Assembly (NCBI GenBank): GCA_964421015.1
Contig: CAYQUS010000008.1
Coordinates: forward strand, 1,932-65,931
Source: an uncultured Planctomycetia bacterium
Lineage (GTDB): Bacteria > Omnitrophota > Gorgyraeia > Tantalellales > Tantalellaceae
Length of the DNA: 64,000 bases
Reading direction: 5' to 3'
Of this stretch, positions 17,956-27,600 are shown piece by piece (the first letter of the stretch is position 1; every line of letters starts with the position of its first letter). A program made the position numbers and the translations under genes. Below the pieces are notes generated by a model. It was not told where the DNA came from. It was given only the letters and a program-made list of their open reading frames with translations, and made no database searches.

Positions 17956-18924
17956 ATGGCTAAAAAAGGCCTGCTGATAATCATTGCGATGCTCTTTGCC
18001 TGCCCTTTGTTCGCCGATAATGTGGTTTTCTTCGACGATTTTAATAACAACACCAATAAATGGTTTACCGCTAAAACCAGAGATTATGATCTTGCCGTAG
18101 TTCACGGCTACTATATGATCGATAATAGGCAAGCCAGCCGTGCTCATATGTCGTATCTCAGGCCCTTATTTCTGGATATTACCAAGGATTTTGCCGTGGA
18201 GGTTCGTCTCAGGTCGACAGGCGGTAACAATATGGGTTTTGGCGTTCTTTTCGGTATAGGACAGAATCTCGATCATTACAGGTTTGAGATATCACAAAAC
18301 GGTTTTTTCTGTATAGTCACCCAGCAGGGGAAAGAGCTTGTATATAACAGTCAGTGGACCGCCAGCAGTCTTATTTCCCAGGGAAGCGATTTTAATGTTC
18401 TTAGAATATATAAAAACGGTGGAACAATTGTTTTTTATATTAACGGCGATGCCGTGGCAGTATCCGAGAACATGTTCCTTTTTGGTGACAGGCTAGGTTT
18501 TGTCGCGGAGGCGAACACTCATATCCAGGTGGACTATATAAAAGTTTATCAGGGCTGTCCTTCGTGGGCGCAAACTTTTCCGCCGGTTGAAAGAAAACCG
18601 GCAGGGGCAGAAATTCACAGTGTTTATGTCTCTCCTTCGGAGGTAAAACCAGGTGGCAAATTTACAGTCAACATGGAATATGCCATCAACGATCCAGACA
18701 ATGCCGGCCGTGAACTGGATGTAGAAGTAACCTGCGCGATATACAGGGATGGTAAAGAAGTGTTTTCGGAAAAAGACAATCTTTCGGTTCCCGAGGGGAA
18801 AAGGAATTTTGGAAAGAAAACCGGGCTTAAAGCCGCTAATAAGCCGGGAAGATACGAATTGAAGATCATCTTGTCTTACGCCGGAATAACCGCCGAAAAA
18901 AGCGCAGAACTTGTCATAAAATGA
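17956..18924 (+). CDS. secreted protein: concanavalin-A-like (LamG/DUF1080-type) jelly-roll domain + C-terminal Ig-like/CARDB-like domain
   Basis: Signal peptide MAKKGLLIIIAMLFACPLFA. The FDDFNN...W...Y...G...FEIS..G.F...YINGD...DYIKVY pattern is typical of lectin-fold domains. The ATG at 17956 has a better RBS than the track start at 17908. Confidence 0.5.
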   Translation: MAKKGLLIIIAMLFACPLFADNVVFFDDFNNNTNKWFTAKTRDYDLAVVHGYYMIDNRQASRAHMSYLRPLFLDITKDFAVEVRLRSTGGNNMGFGVLFGIGQNLDHYRFEISQNGFFCIVTQQGKELVYNSQWTASSLISQGSDFNVLRIYKNGGTIVFYINGDAVAVSENMFLFGDRLGFVAEANTHIQVDYIKVYQGCPSWAQTFPPVERKPAGAEIHSVYVSPSEVKPGGKFTVNMEYAINDPDNAGRELDVEVTCAIYRDGKEVFSEKDNLSVPEGKRNFGKKTGLKAANKPGRYELKIILSYAGITAEKSAELVIK

Positions 18925-21740
18925 GAAAAATAACGTGTTTAGCCATAATCTTTGGATTGTTCCTCGCTGAAAACGCTTTCCCGTGGGGTTCTGTCGAGAC
19001 CGGAGGGGGAGCATTCGCCACGCATCAATTTCTGAACAATAAAGCGTATGATATCCTCAAAAAAAAGAAGGCGTTCGCCTTTTCCTCTTTTCCGTCTATT
19101 TCTGATATACAGAGCCATTCCGGAGTAAGCGCTCCCAGTAAAAAAGGACTGGGTCCCGATGACGCCGACAGGTCGGATTATGACTGGCACTGGTATAACC
19201 CTTCGACGAGAGACGGGAAAACTCCTGATAAGGTGAGGGAATACCATTCTGACCTTGTTAAGAATATGGGGGAGATGGGAAATAAAACTCCGAGCGAGAA
19301 ACAAAAAGAAGAAGCCGCCCATAACGCCGCGTACGTGTCCCATTTTATGCAGGATATGACCTGTCCTTTCCATGTTTTTGGGATGTCGGAATCCCGTTTA
19401 AGCGTCGAGGTGATAGGAACCGATGCGGATATGGGGCCTTTTTTCGGGGATATCCTTTCCGATGATTTCTGGCTTTCCGAAATAAAAGATAAAGTACCCG
19501 AGAACGAGTGGCGGAAATATGCCTGGAAGACCCTGGTCGAAAGGCATTTCAGCGATCAGCATCCAGGAACGAATTTTTTTGACGCTACTTACTATGACGG
19601 CACATGGCCCGCTACCACAATGACAAGCAGCCATTTTGAATATGAGGCCGCGGTCGAGGTGAAGTACAAGTTTGATGTTACGGCCAAGGCTAAATTTATA
19701 TACTACGAAAGCCGGTACGGCGAAATTCCGGAGTTCTGGCAGAACGGGATGGACCTTCGGATGCTTACGCATAAAGTGGCGGATAGAACTCGTCAGCGGA
19801 TAGGCACAAAGGAAAATCCCGGGGAGTTGTGGGTAGACATAAGCCGTCTTAAAAGAGACACGGCTGTTCCGTATTATGACTGGTGGCGGGCCATACAGCT
19901 TACCTACGCGCTTTGGAGATCAAGTTTTTCAGCTCTTCATGCGGAAGCCGATGATATAAGGATGTCAAAGGTTCCCAATAAAGAGGACGCTTACAAGGTG
20001 AAAGTGAGGATATGGAACTGGGAAGAGAAAGAACCGGCTCTCAATGTGAAAGTGAATTACGACGTAAAAGGCGGGTCGTCGGGAACCGGTCAGGGTTCGG
20101 TCAAAGGATCGATCAGGGCGCTTGAGTCCAGCGATTGGCTTGACCTTGCAGGCGATGTTATTGTGAAGTCTCCGGCTGATCCGGAAGGAACCATCCGAAT
20201 AACCATAAAAGGACAGTACAACGATAGTTCTATTCCTGACTCCGGGGAAAAGATCGTGGAATATGATCTTAAAGATATATCGTTCGACGCTATCAAGATG
20301 GATGATGTAAGGATGACCAATAAGGATTCGGCGAAAGAATTCCTTGAGAGCTATCCCCGAAACTTTAAGGTTGTTTTTGTGCCTGCAGGAGAGCCGGACA
20401 TTCCAGATAAACACAACTTAGTGGAAAGCCAGAATCCCGCGCCGGGTGCCTGGGTAGCTCCAGGTGAAACCGTAAATCTCATGGTTTACGATGAGTATCT
20501 TGTGGATGTCGCTAATGTTATCGGAAGCGAAAGAGGAGACGCTATAGGAACACTTTCAGATCTGGGCCTTAATCCTTTGCCGGGCGAGATACTGGTCGAA
20601 TATGACGAACCTGAAGGTATTGTAATAGTGCAGGACCCGGCGGAAGGAAGAGTGAGGCCAGGAACCGATATAACCATTCTTGTTGCCAAAAAGAAACCGG
20701 CTCCGCCAGAAGAAGCTCCCGTAGAGTCCGCTGACGATCCGTCGGTGCCGGGAGATGATTATGAACTGCCGCTTACTCCGGTAACCCGATCCGAAGCTCT
20801 TATGGACATACAGATGTCTCCCCAGGCGGTTACGATAAAACTCGGCGAGAGCGCGGCCATCACGGCCGTGCCTATAGATATAGAGGGCAATCCGGTAAGA
20901 GGAAAAGATCTTGCTAGGTTTTCCTATGAGTGGATGGTAAATGATCCGTCTATCGGGAATATATCGGGAAATGGTATTACTGCCACGGTCTCCGGTATAA
21001 AACCCGGAGCGATGCAGGCAATAGTAAAAGCCGGCGGGTCTATGGGGGTGGCTGCTATCCTGATAGAGGAAGGTGATCCTGCTGAAGGGCTGGACGGACA
21101 TTCTCCGGAACATTCCGAACCCCCTTCAAGCGAAGATAACGTTGATTTCAGTTCTGATAATTCAGCCTGGGAAACCGAGCCCGCGCCTTCTCAGGGCGGG
21201 GATGCGGGCGGCGAATCAAATCTTTTTTCGGATTTTTTTGACCCGAATGCCGCCGTCCCTCAGGAGAGGACAAGCGAAACAGATATTAGAAATGAATATA
21301 CAGACCAGGCAAGCGCATATCAGCGCGAGCAGCAGCTGCAGCAGCAGAATCTGCAGAACCAGATGAATATGATGCAGGCAATGAGCCAGATAATGAATAC
21401 CATGAACAATATCAGGAACATGCAGGGCGGGACTAATTCTTCAGGATGGAAACCGCCCGTTGTAAATAATAACACCAGCCATGTTAACAACCCTTACAGC
21501 CAGCAAGGATCTGGTTATAAGCCTCCCGTTACAGGGAATACCGGAGGTGGAGCAACTAAGCCACCGAGCGTGACGCCTTCCACGCCGGGGGTGACTGTCA
21601 GGCCTGGTGTTTCAACTAATCCCAATGCCGTAGTTCTTCTGGGAGAAGTAGCTCCAGAGGTAAAAAATCCCAATCTTACTCCGAGGGGAAATCGCAGGGG
21701 AAGTTCCTCTGGCAGTTTTAGCCTGGATTTCAGCAAATAA
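18921..21740 (+). CDS. large secreted protein: zinc-dependent phospholipase C / S1-P1 nuclease-like N-domain + PASTA-like + Big_2 Ig-like + Q/N-rich and P/T-rich C-terminal tail
   Basis: The start overlaps the upstream stop (ATGA). The mature N-terminus begins with FPWGS...H, the Trp1/His zinc ligands of this fold. VSHFMQDMTCPFH gives the H-x3-D-x5-H spacing seen in B. cereus PLC (SLHYLGDVNQPMH). The ~600-800 region contains Big_2 (SPQAVTIKLGESAAITAVPIDIEGNP...ITATVSGIKPGAMQAIVKAGG). The tail reads QREQQLQQQNLQNQMNMMQAMSQIMNTMNNIRNMQ followed by PPVTGNTGGGATKPPSVTPSTPG. Confidence 0.6.
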   Translation: MRKITCLAIIFGLFLAENAFPWGSVETGGGAFATHQFLNNKAYDILKKKKAFAFSSFPSISDIQSHSGVSAPSKKGLGPDDADRSDYDWHWYNPSTRDGKTPDKVREYHSDLVKNMGEMGNKTPSEKQKEEAAHNAAYVSHFMQDMTCPFHVFGMSESRLSVEVIGTDADMGPFFGDILSDDFWLSEIKDKVPENEWRKYAWKTLVERHFSDQHPGTNFFDATYYDGTWPATTMTSSHFEYEAAVEVKYKFDVTAKAKFIYYESRYGEIPEFWQNGMDLRMLTHKVADRTRQRIGTKENPGELWVDISRLKRDTAVPYYDWWRAIQLTYALWRSSFSALHAEADDIRMSKVPNKEDAYKVKVRIWNWEEKEPALNVKVNYDVKGGSSGTGQGSVKGSIRALESSDWLDLAGDVIVKSPADPEGTIRITIKGQYNDSSIPDSGEKIVEYDLKDISFDAIKMDDVRMTNKDSAKEFLESYPRNFKVVFVPAGEPDIPDKHNLVESQNPAPGAWVAPGETVNLMVYDEYLVDVANVIGSERGDAIGTLSDLGLNPLPGEILVEYDEPEGIVIVQDPAEGRVRPGTDITILVAKKKPAPPEEAPVESADDPSVPGDDYELPLTPVTRSEALMDIQMSPQAVTIKLGESAAITAVPIDIEGNPVRGKDLARFSYEWMVNDPSIGNISGNGITATVSGIKPGAMQAIVKAGGSMGVAAILIEEGDPAEGLDGHSPEHSEPPSSEDNVDFSSDNSAWETEPAPSQGGDAGGESNLFSDFFDPNAAVPQERTSETDIRNEYTDQASAYQREQQLQQQNLQNQMNMMQAMSQIMNTMNNIRNMQGGTNSSGWKPPVVNNNTSHVNNPYSQQGSGYKPPVTGNTGGGATKPPSVTPSTPGVTVRPGVSTNPNAVVLLGEVAPEVKNPNLTPRGNRRGSSSGSFSLDFSK

Positions 21741-21791
21741 TTGATCGTGTTACGATGGGGCCTGGATTTTTTGTTCCCGGCGGAGCTGTTT

Positions 21792-21830
21792 CAATTAGTG
21801 CCAGGCACCATAGGTGCCTGGCACTAATTG
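21792..21830. terminator. bidirectional 18-bp perfect hairpin between convergent genes
   Basis: CAATTAGTGCCAGGCACC-ata-GGTGCCTGGCACTAATTG. It lies between the + gene ending at 21740 and the - gene ending at 21847. No strong U-tract follows. Confidence 0.5.
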
Positions 21831-21846
21831 CGCTACTAATAAATCT

Positions 21847-24462
21847 TTACGCCGACATTAAGAACTTGGTGACGTATTCTATTTCCTGGATGTTGTAAGT
21901 TTCGATAGGCCTGTAACGCAGTATTGTTGTTACTACGTTCTTCAGGGACCTTAAGAAATTTCCGGTGTCGGATGTCCCGAGCTCCACCATGCTTCCGAGG
22001 TAAGATCTTATGTCGGAACCCAGGGGAAGATAGGGGTGCACGAAGTAACAGGCCAGCCGATAGGAGCTGTTTTCCGTTTCCACGTCAATTTTTTCGAGAG
22101 ATCTTATGACGTTCATCCTCACGAGAAAAAGCCTTATGAAACCCGCTTTTTCGCTTTCTTCAAGTTTTTCAAGATCCACATATTCAGAATTAAGGAAACG
22201 CGCTCCCCTGAGCTGAGTGTTTTTCAGGAAAAAATCCTCCATTTTTTCAGGGGAAATATCTATTCCGGAAAGGTCTATACAAGACCTTTCCGCCATGGAA
22301 GGGGAATGGAGCTTTAACGCAAGGTCCTCCAGCGAGGAGTAAGTCTTTATCTTCCCCTTAAGTTTTTCCCTTACCAGTTTTTCGGCGTATTTCAGATCGT
22401 TCCCGGCAAAGAGAGACTCGTGGACGTAATAGTCAATATCGGTTTTCATGAAATCCCGCTCCAGGGCGGATAGTTCTTCTTCCGAGGGAGACACGAAAGC
22501 CTTTACTTCAGGAGGGGAACTGTCCGGATTTGAGTCCATAAAAAGTGAATATTCCCTGTGAAGGTCCATATACCTGAGGGCGTCTATGAAACCGTTAGTG
22601 TTAAGCACTTTTCGGCCTTCCAGAGCCATCCCGTAAGATATTTCGGCGAACATTGCCGACTTTGAGGCGTCCCAATCCGCGGATAGACCGTAAGCTAAAG
22701 CTTCGGCAAAAGCTTTCCGCCCTGCCGTATCATCCTTATTTTCGAAAATGGGAAGAGCCTTGAGACGGAAAGATGTTGCCTTGCCGAAGATGGAGTTATC
22801 GGCGGCCTTTACCAGGATTTCTTTTTGCTCAAGTCTTATGAAAACGGCGGCGGCAGCTCTGCCCATAAAGAAATCAGCTATTTCTTCCGGTGATACCGGA
22901 GAACTTATTCCGGTAGAAGCGGCGTAGATATTTTCAGCGGACTTAAGGTCAAGTACCGTGAATTTATCCTTATCGGGCTTAGCATCGGCAGGGATGACGG
23001 CTCCCTCGGGGATATCGAGGTAGTGTTCCCGGAGTATTTTTTCTGTTGTAGAGACCACGCTCCTGCTTTTAGACTCATAGGAGTTAAGGTCAAAGGCAGC
23101 CTCATCGCTCAAATAACTTATGCGAGGGTCTTCCGGGAAAAACTGAAAACTTTCTTTAACTACCCCGGCAAGGTTCCTGCTTGCTCTTTTTTCATCAGGG
23201 GCATCGGTTTTCTCATGTCCCGAGGCTCTGAATTCCCAATCAAGGAAGTCGGGGTTTTCCGTGGGATGCAGGATCCTGCCTACGCGGTGGAATATTGCTT
23301 CTCTTACTATGCGGTGGCGGTTAACCACATCCAGAATGGCTTCTTGCGATATCTCGCCGTTAGGGAGCTTGCCGTCTATGAGCACTTTTATGAAGTACTG
23401 GTAGTTTATGCAGCAGGCGAGTTGAACGGCTTTTTCAAGTTTTTCAGGAGATCTTGCCAGTTCCGGGAAATAGGTGCGGAAAGCCACGGCCTGCGGGTCT
23501 TTGTTGTTGGGGTAGGAGATCCTTCTTATGAGTTCTTTGAAGTTCTCGTTATTCTGGTAAACATTATGGTCCTGGTGGAAGGCGAAAACGAACCAAAGCA
23601 TCATGGCGTCGTTTATAAGGGAATACCTTCCGGATATGTCGTATGCCGCGTCCTCGCGACGGTCTATCTCGAACTGGCCGGAGGATCTTTCCTTAAAGCC
23701 CAGATGCCCGCCTTTTTTAAAGTTTCCGGTGTGGTCGCGCCATTTAAATTCGTGGCGGGCGAGCCTGTACAGTATTCCCTGGGCCAGGCTTATTACCCTG
23801 CCGTCTTCAGTCAGGAAACATATATCGTTTTTCAAAAGGCGTTTGGCGTTCACAACGAATTCCAGGGGGATCTCAAGTTTCGGTTTCTCCCACCTTTTAT
23901 CCCAGAGGATGCGTGGAAGCGCGAGTTCCCCATCGTCCAGAAAAAATTCGGTGTACACTATGTCTATCGGGAGTTCCTCCGGCACCTGTCCGTTTTCGTT
24001 AAGAGAGGCTTTCTCTATGCATCTTGTAAATATCTCGTCTATCCCGTAGGAGAGCATTTCGGACGCAACAGGGTCGTTTTTTACTTTATCCAAGGCTTCT
24101 TCACGGGTGAGGTAGAGGGACTTTGTGTCTATTCCGAGGCCTTCGGGGAAATCCGGACGGGTTTGATCAAGCACGTTACCGCGGCGCATAAGCGGATCGT
24201 TCATTACCATTTTTAGTTTGGCCGAGCCGCGCATTTCGTCTCGGACATTACCGTCGCCATCAAGGGCAACATCTTCTTCCGTTGAGCTTATACCCCCGGG
24301 GGAGGCAAGGCCGGGAGCCAGGTTTCTGTTGGCATATGATGCGTCGGGAAGCGAAAACGCCAGAAAAAGCGATAGAGACAAAGCTTTGGCTATGGTTTTG
24401 AGAGCGGAACATCCCGATGATAAAGTCATAAAGAGTTTCCTTATTATTCGTCCGAGGGACAC
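21847..24462 (-). CDS. 871-aa secreted hypothetical protein (no recognisable domain)
   Basis: It is the only long ORF here and it has an N-terminal signal-like hydrophobic segment (ALSLSLFLAFSL). It is transcribed divergently from the giant dikinase-like gene. Confidence 0.55.
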   Translation of the reverse strand: MSLGRIIRKLFMTLSSGCSALKTIAKALSLSLFLAFSLPDASYANRNLAPGLASPGGISSTEEDVALDGDGNVRDEMRGSAKLKMVMNDPLMRRGNVLDQTRPDFPEGLGIDTKSLYLTREEALDKVKNDPVASEMLSYGIDEIFTRCIEKASLNENGQVPEELPIDIVYTEFFLDDGELALPRILWDKRWEKPKLEIPLEFVVNAKRLLKNDICFLTEDGRVISLAQGILYRLARHEFKWRDHTGNFKKGGHLGFKERSSGQFEIDRREDAAYDISGRYSLINDAMMLWFVFAFHQDHNVYQNNENFKELIRRISYPNNKDPQAVAFRTYFPELARSPEKLEKAVQLACCINYQYFIKVLIDGKLPNGEISQEAILDVVNRHRIVREAIFHRVGRILHPTENPDFLDWEFRASGHEKTDAPDEKRASRNLAGVVKESFQFFPEDPRISYLSDEAAFDLNSYESKSRSVVSTTEKILREHYLDIPEGAVIPADAKPDKDKFTVLDLKSAENIYAASTGISSPVSPEEIADFFMGRAAAAVFIRLEQKEILVKAADNSIFGKATSFRLKALPIFENKDDTAGRKAFAEALAYGLSADWDASKSAMFAEISYGMALEGRKVLNTNGFIDALRYMDLHREYSLFMDSNPDSSPPEVKAFVSPSEEELSALERDFMKTDIDYYVHESLFAGNDLKYAEKLVREKLKGKIKTYSSLEDLALKLHSPSMAERSCIDLSGIDISPEKMEDFFLKNTQLRGARFLNSEYVDLEKLEESEKAGFIRLFLVRMNVIRSLEKIDVETENSSYRLACYFVHPYLPLGSDIRSYLGSMVELGTSDTGNFLRSLKNVVTTILRYRPIETYNIQEIEYVTKFLMSA

Positions 24463-24661
24463 TTTTCGGGTTAAATCGACCTACGCTTTTTTAAGTTTTT
24501 CCAAGATAGTATACCTGATGTAACTCTTTGTTGCAATAACAAAACAACACAAACATACTAACTTTTTTATTTATAACAAAGTAAGGTTTACCAAAAAAGA
24601 AACACCCAAAGTTTGCTTTTATTGTAGGTATTGTGTAAACTAACTTATGAAGGAGAGTTGT

Positions 24662-27600
24662 ATGTTTCTATTCTTAAGAAAAACATTTATTATGTTTTTT
24701 GCCGTTGTTTTTCTTTCCCATACGGAAGGAAGTGTGCTCTATTCTTTAGAAAATGCTCCAGGGAAAGGGGCCATTTTTGAAGAAAAGTCCGCGGATGATG
24801 AGGGTATAGTGCTGAATGCTCTTACCTTCAGTATTCCCGAGCACCTTGGAATCGTAAACGACAGATGGCAGGGTAGTAGCTCTCCGGTAGTAATTTATGT
24901 GCAGGATGCCCATTGCAATTACGAAGCCCAGCAAAAACTTTCCCAGATAGTAGCGTATGTAAACGAGAAGTACGGTATAGAAACCGTGGACCTGGAGGGG
25001 GGAGCGGGCGGCTATGATCTCTCGGCGCTTACCGATGTTACCGATCCTGTATCTAGAAGGAACATTGCGGACTTTTTTGTGAAAGAAGGTCTTGTTAACG
25101 GCGCGGAGTATTTCGCGGCCAATAATCCGGAAAAGGTTAGGCTTTGGGGCGTTGAGGACCGGGAACTCTATATGGAGAATCTCGGGGTATACAGGGACTC
25201 GCTGGCTTACAGGGAAAAGGCCAAGGGACACATAGCGGAACTGAAAAGGGTTATCGGAAAATTCAAAGAGAAGATGTATTCCCCGGAGCTTCTTCTCGTG
25301 GACGAGAAAAGGGGAGAATTCAGGAAAAATGACGTGGAATTGGCTGAATATATGGCCTTTATTTTCGGCGAAGCCGAAAATAACTCTGTGGACATTTCGG
25401 CCTATCCCAATATCTCGATGCTGAAAAAGATCTCCGACAAGGAAAGCTCGATAGATTTCAGGAAAGCCGATAAGGAAAAGGACCAGCTTGTTGACAGGCT
25501 GAAAAGGGCCCTTTCCAAAAGGTCCATGGAAGAACTTTTGAGGTGGACGATAGACCTCAAGGCGGAAAGGATGTCCCAGGGGGAATACTACAGGCGTCTT
25601 CTTGAGACTGCCCGTAAGGTGAATGTCCCGGTAGAGGATCTCTCGCAGCTTGGGGAATATGTGGAATACATGTCCATGTTCGATTCCGTGGATAAATCCG
25701 CGGCTATGAAGGAGCTTGAGGCTCTTGACGGGGCCGTAAGAGAAAAACTTTACAAAGCTGATGGAGAAAGGGAGCTTGACGAGCTTTCGAGGGATCTGGA
25801 GATACTCGAGGGGATCTTCGATATATCGCTTGTCAAGTCGGAATACAGGTACTATATGGATAACTCCGGGGACTTTGACGTAGCGCGGTACCAGTCTTTC
25901 ATTTCAAAGTACGCTACTCTTTACGGCATGGAAGCCGCGTTCAATAAGGAGATATTCTCCCTGGATGATTACCGCGGAAGAATGATCAGGTTCTTTGAAT
26001 ATTCTTTCAGGCGCGACGACGCTTTTCTTAAGAACCTTTCCGTCAGGCGTTCCGGAGGGGCGTCGCCGGAAGCGGCGATACTCGTTACGGGGGGGTTCCA
26101 CTCAGAAAACCTGTGCGAGCTCTTCAGGAATAACAACATATCCTATGTGTCGGTTATGCCTAATTTCAGAAGCCCGGCGGGTTATGAAAGCCCTTATTTC
26201 GCGCGTCTTGCGGGGGGAGGATCGGTCGTAAGCGTGCTTGAGCCGGCTGTCACGGCGGCATCGGCGATGCAGGTAGCGAGTTTATTTTCGGGGATAGCTA
26301 GAGACGTATGGGGAGACAATGCCGATAAAAGTATACGCGCCGCCGTAAAGGTGATGGAGATGAGGGGAGTCGAGTACCTTAGCGGCATATCTAAAGTAGA
26401 GTATGCGGATGGCAAGTTCACTTTTACGATGAAAAGCGGGGAGGAGGATGAGTGGTCAAGGGAGGAATCGGCGGAACTTAAGGGCGAAACTTTAGGGAGA
26501 TCCTCGGCTACGGATATCGGGGAAGGGGTGTTGCCTTTCAGGTTATATTCCTGGGAAAATAAGGGAGATTCCATATTTTCCGGTGACGTTTCCGCCGGAG
26601 AGATAAAACAACTTGTCCGCGGCGCTTCATCTATACCATTCGTAGTGGTCGGCGAGGAAATCGTGGATCCGGTTTCAGGAAAAACGAGAATTGGATTAAA
26701 GGAAATTCTGTTCGGTAGTCCGGGGATGGCTCACGGTTCAATGCTGGAGATCTATACGGCAGGCAAAGAGGATATTCCCTTTTACATAGGTTTTCTTTAT
26801 CAGGGATCGGTAAAAACAGTCGGAATTCCCGAGGAGTTAAAGTATTTGAATGGTCTAGTGGAAAAGATGTTCAAGGAGGAGGGTCTTGCTGATCCAGGAT
26901 ATGTAATAGCGGAACAGGAGGAGAGGACGCTTCTTTTTGTGGACCCGTTTAGCGGGCAGGCTATGGAATTTAACGCTGAAAACTCAAAAACACATGACGA
27001 CATACTCAAAGAGTTTAGTTCTCAGCTTAAAACAGGCTTAAAGGACTTAAAGAGCGGTAATACGCCGTCCAATAACCTTTGGAACATGCTCGGGTACGAT
27101 CCGGGGTCAGAGAGGCATAGGCAGGTGATCGAAAAACTGGATGATTGGGCGAGACAGTCAGAGAGAGATCAGGAGGAGCTTTCAATAGGGGGGATAATCG
27201 ATTTCTACCACGTATCGACGGGGTTTTCGCATGACGGGGAAAAAGTTGTTACCGTCCAGCTTCCGGTCTTTGAAGGATGGTATGAGATATTTGCAGCCAG
27301 TAACAGAGAATTGTACCGAAAGTTACTCGAATATGCTCAAGGAGCGAGGCTTGTAGAGAAGTTTTATGGAAAAGACAACACAGGGAAAAACACGCTTATA
27401 GATCTCCCGGAAGTGGAAATGATATCTAGTGACAGATTAAAGAGAAGGCATGTCTTCTCTCTGGATGAGAAGGACGTTACGGAAAAGTATAAAGCTACTT
27501 TCGGGAATAAAGCCGCAGGAATAGCGCGGGTAAAGACGCTGCTTAACGAGAAAAAACTTCCAGGGAAAGGAAGTCCAAATGGTTTTGTGATAACTACCGA

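Noticed and set aside
23023-24216. 397-aa + strand ORF
   Set aside because: It is antisense inside the 871 aa minus-strand gene. It has no RBS, an implausible composition and no domain.
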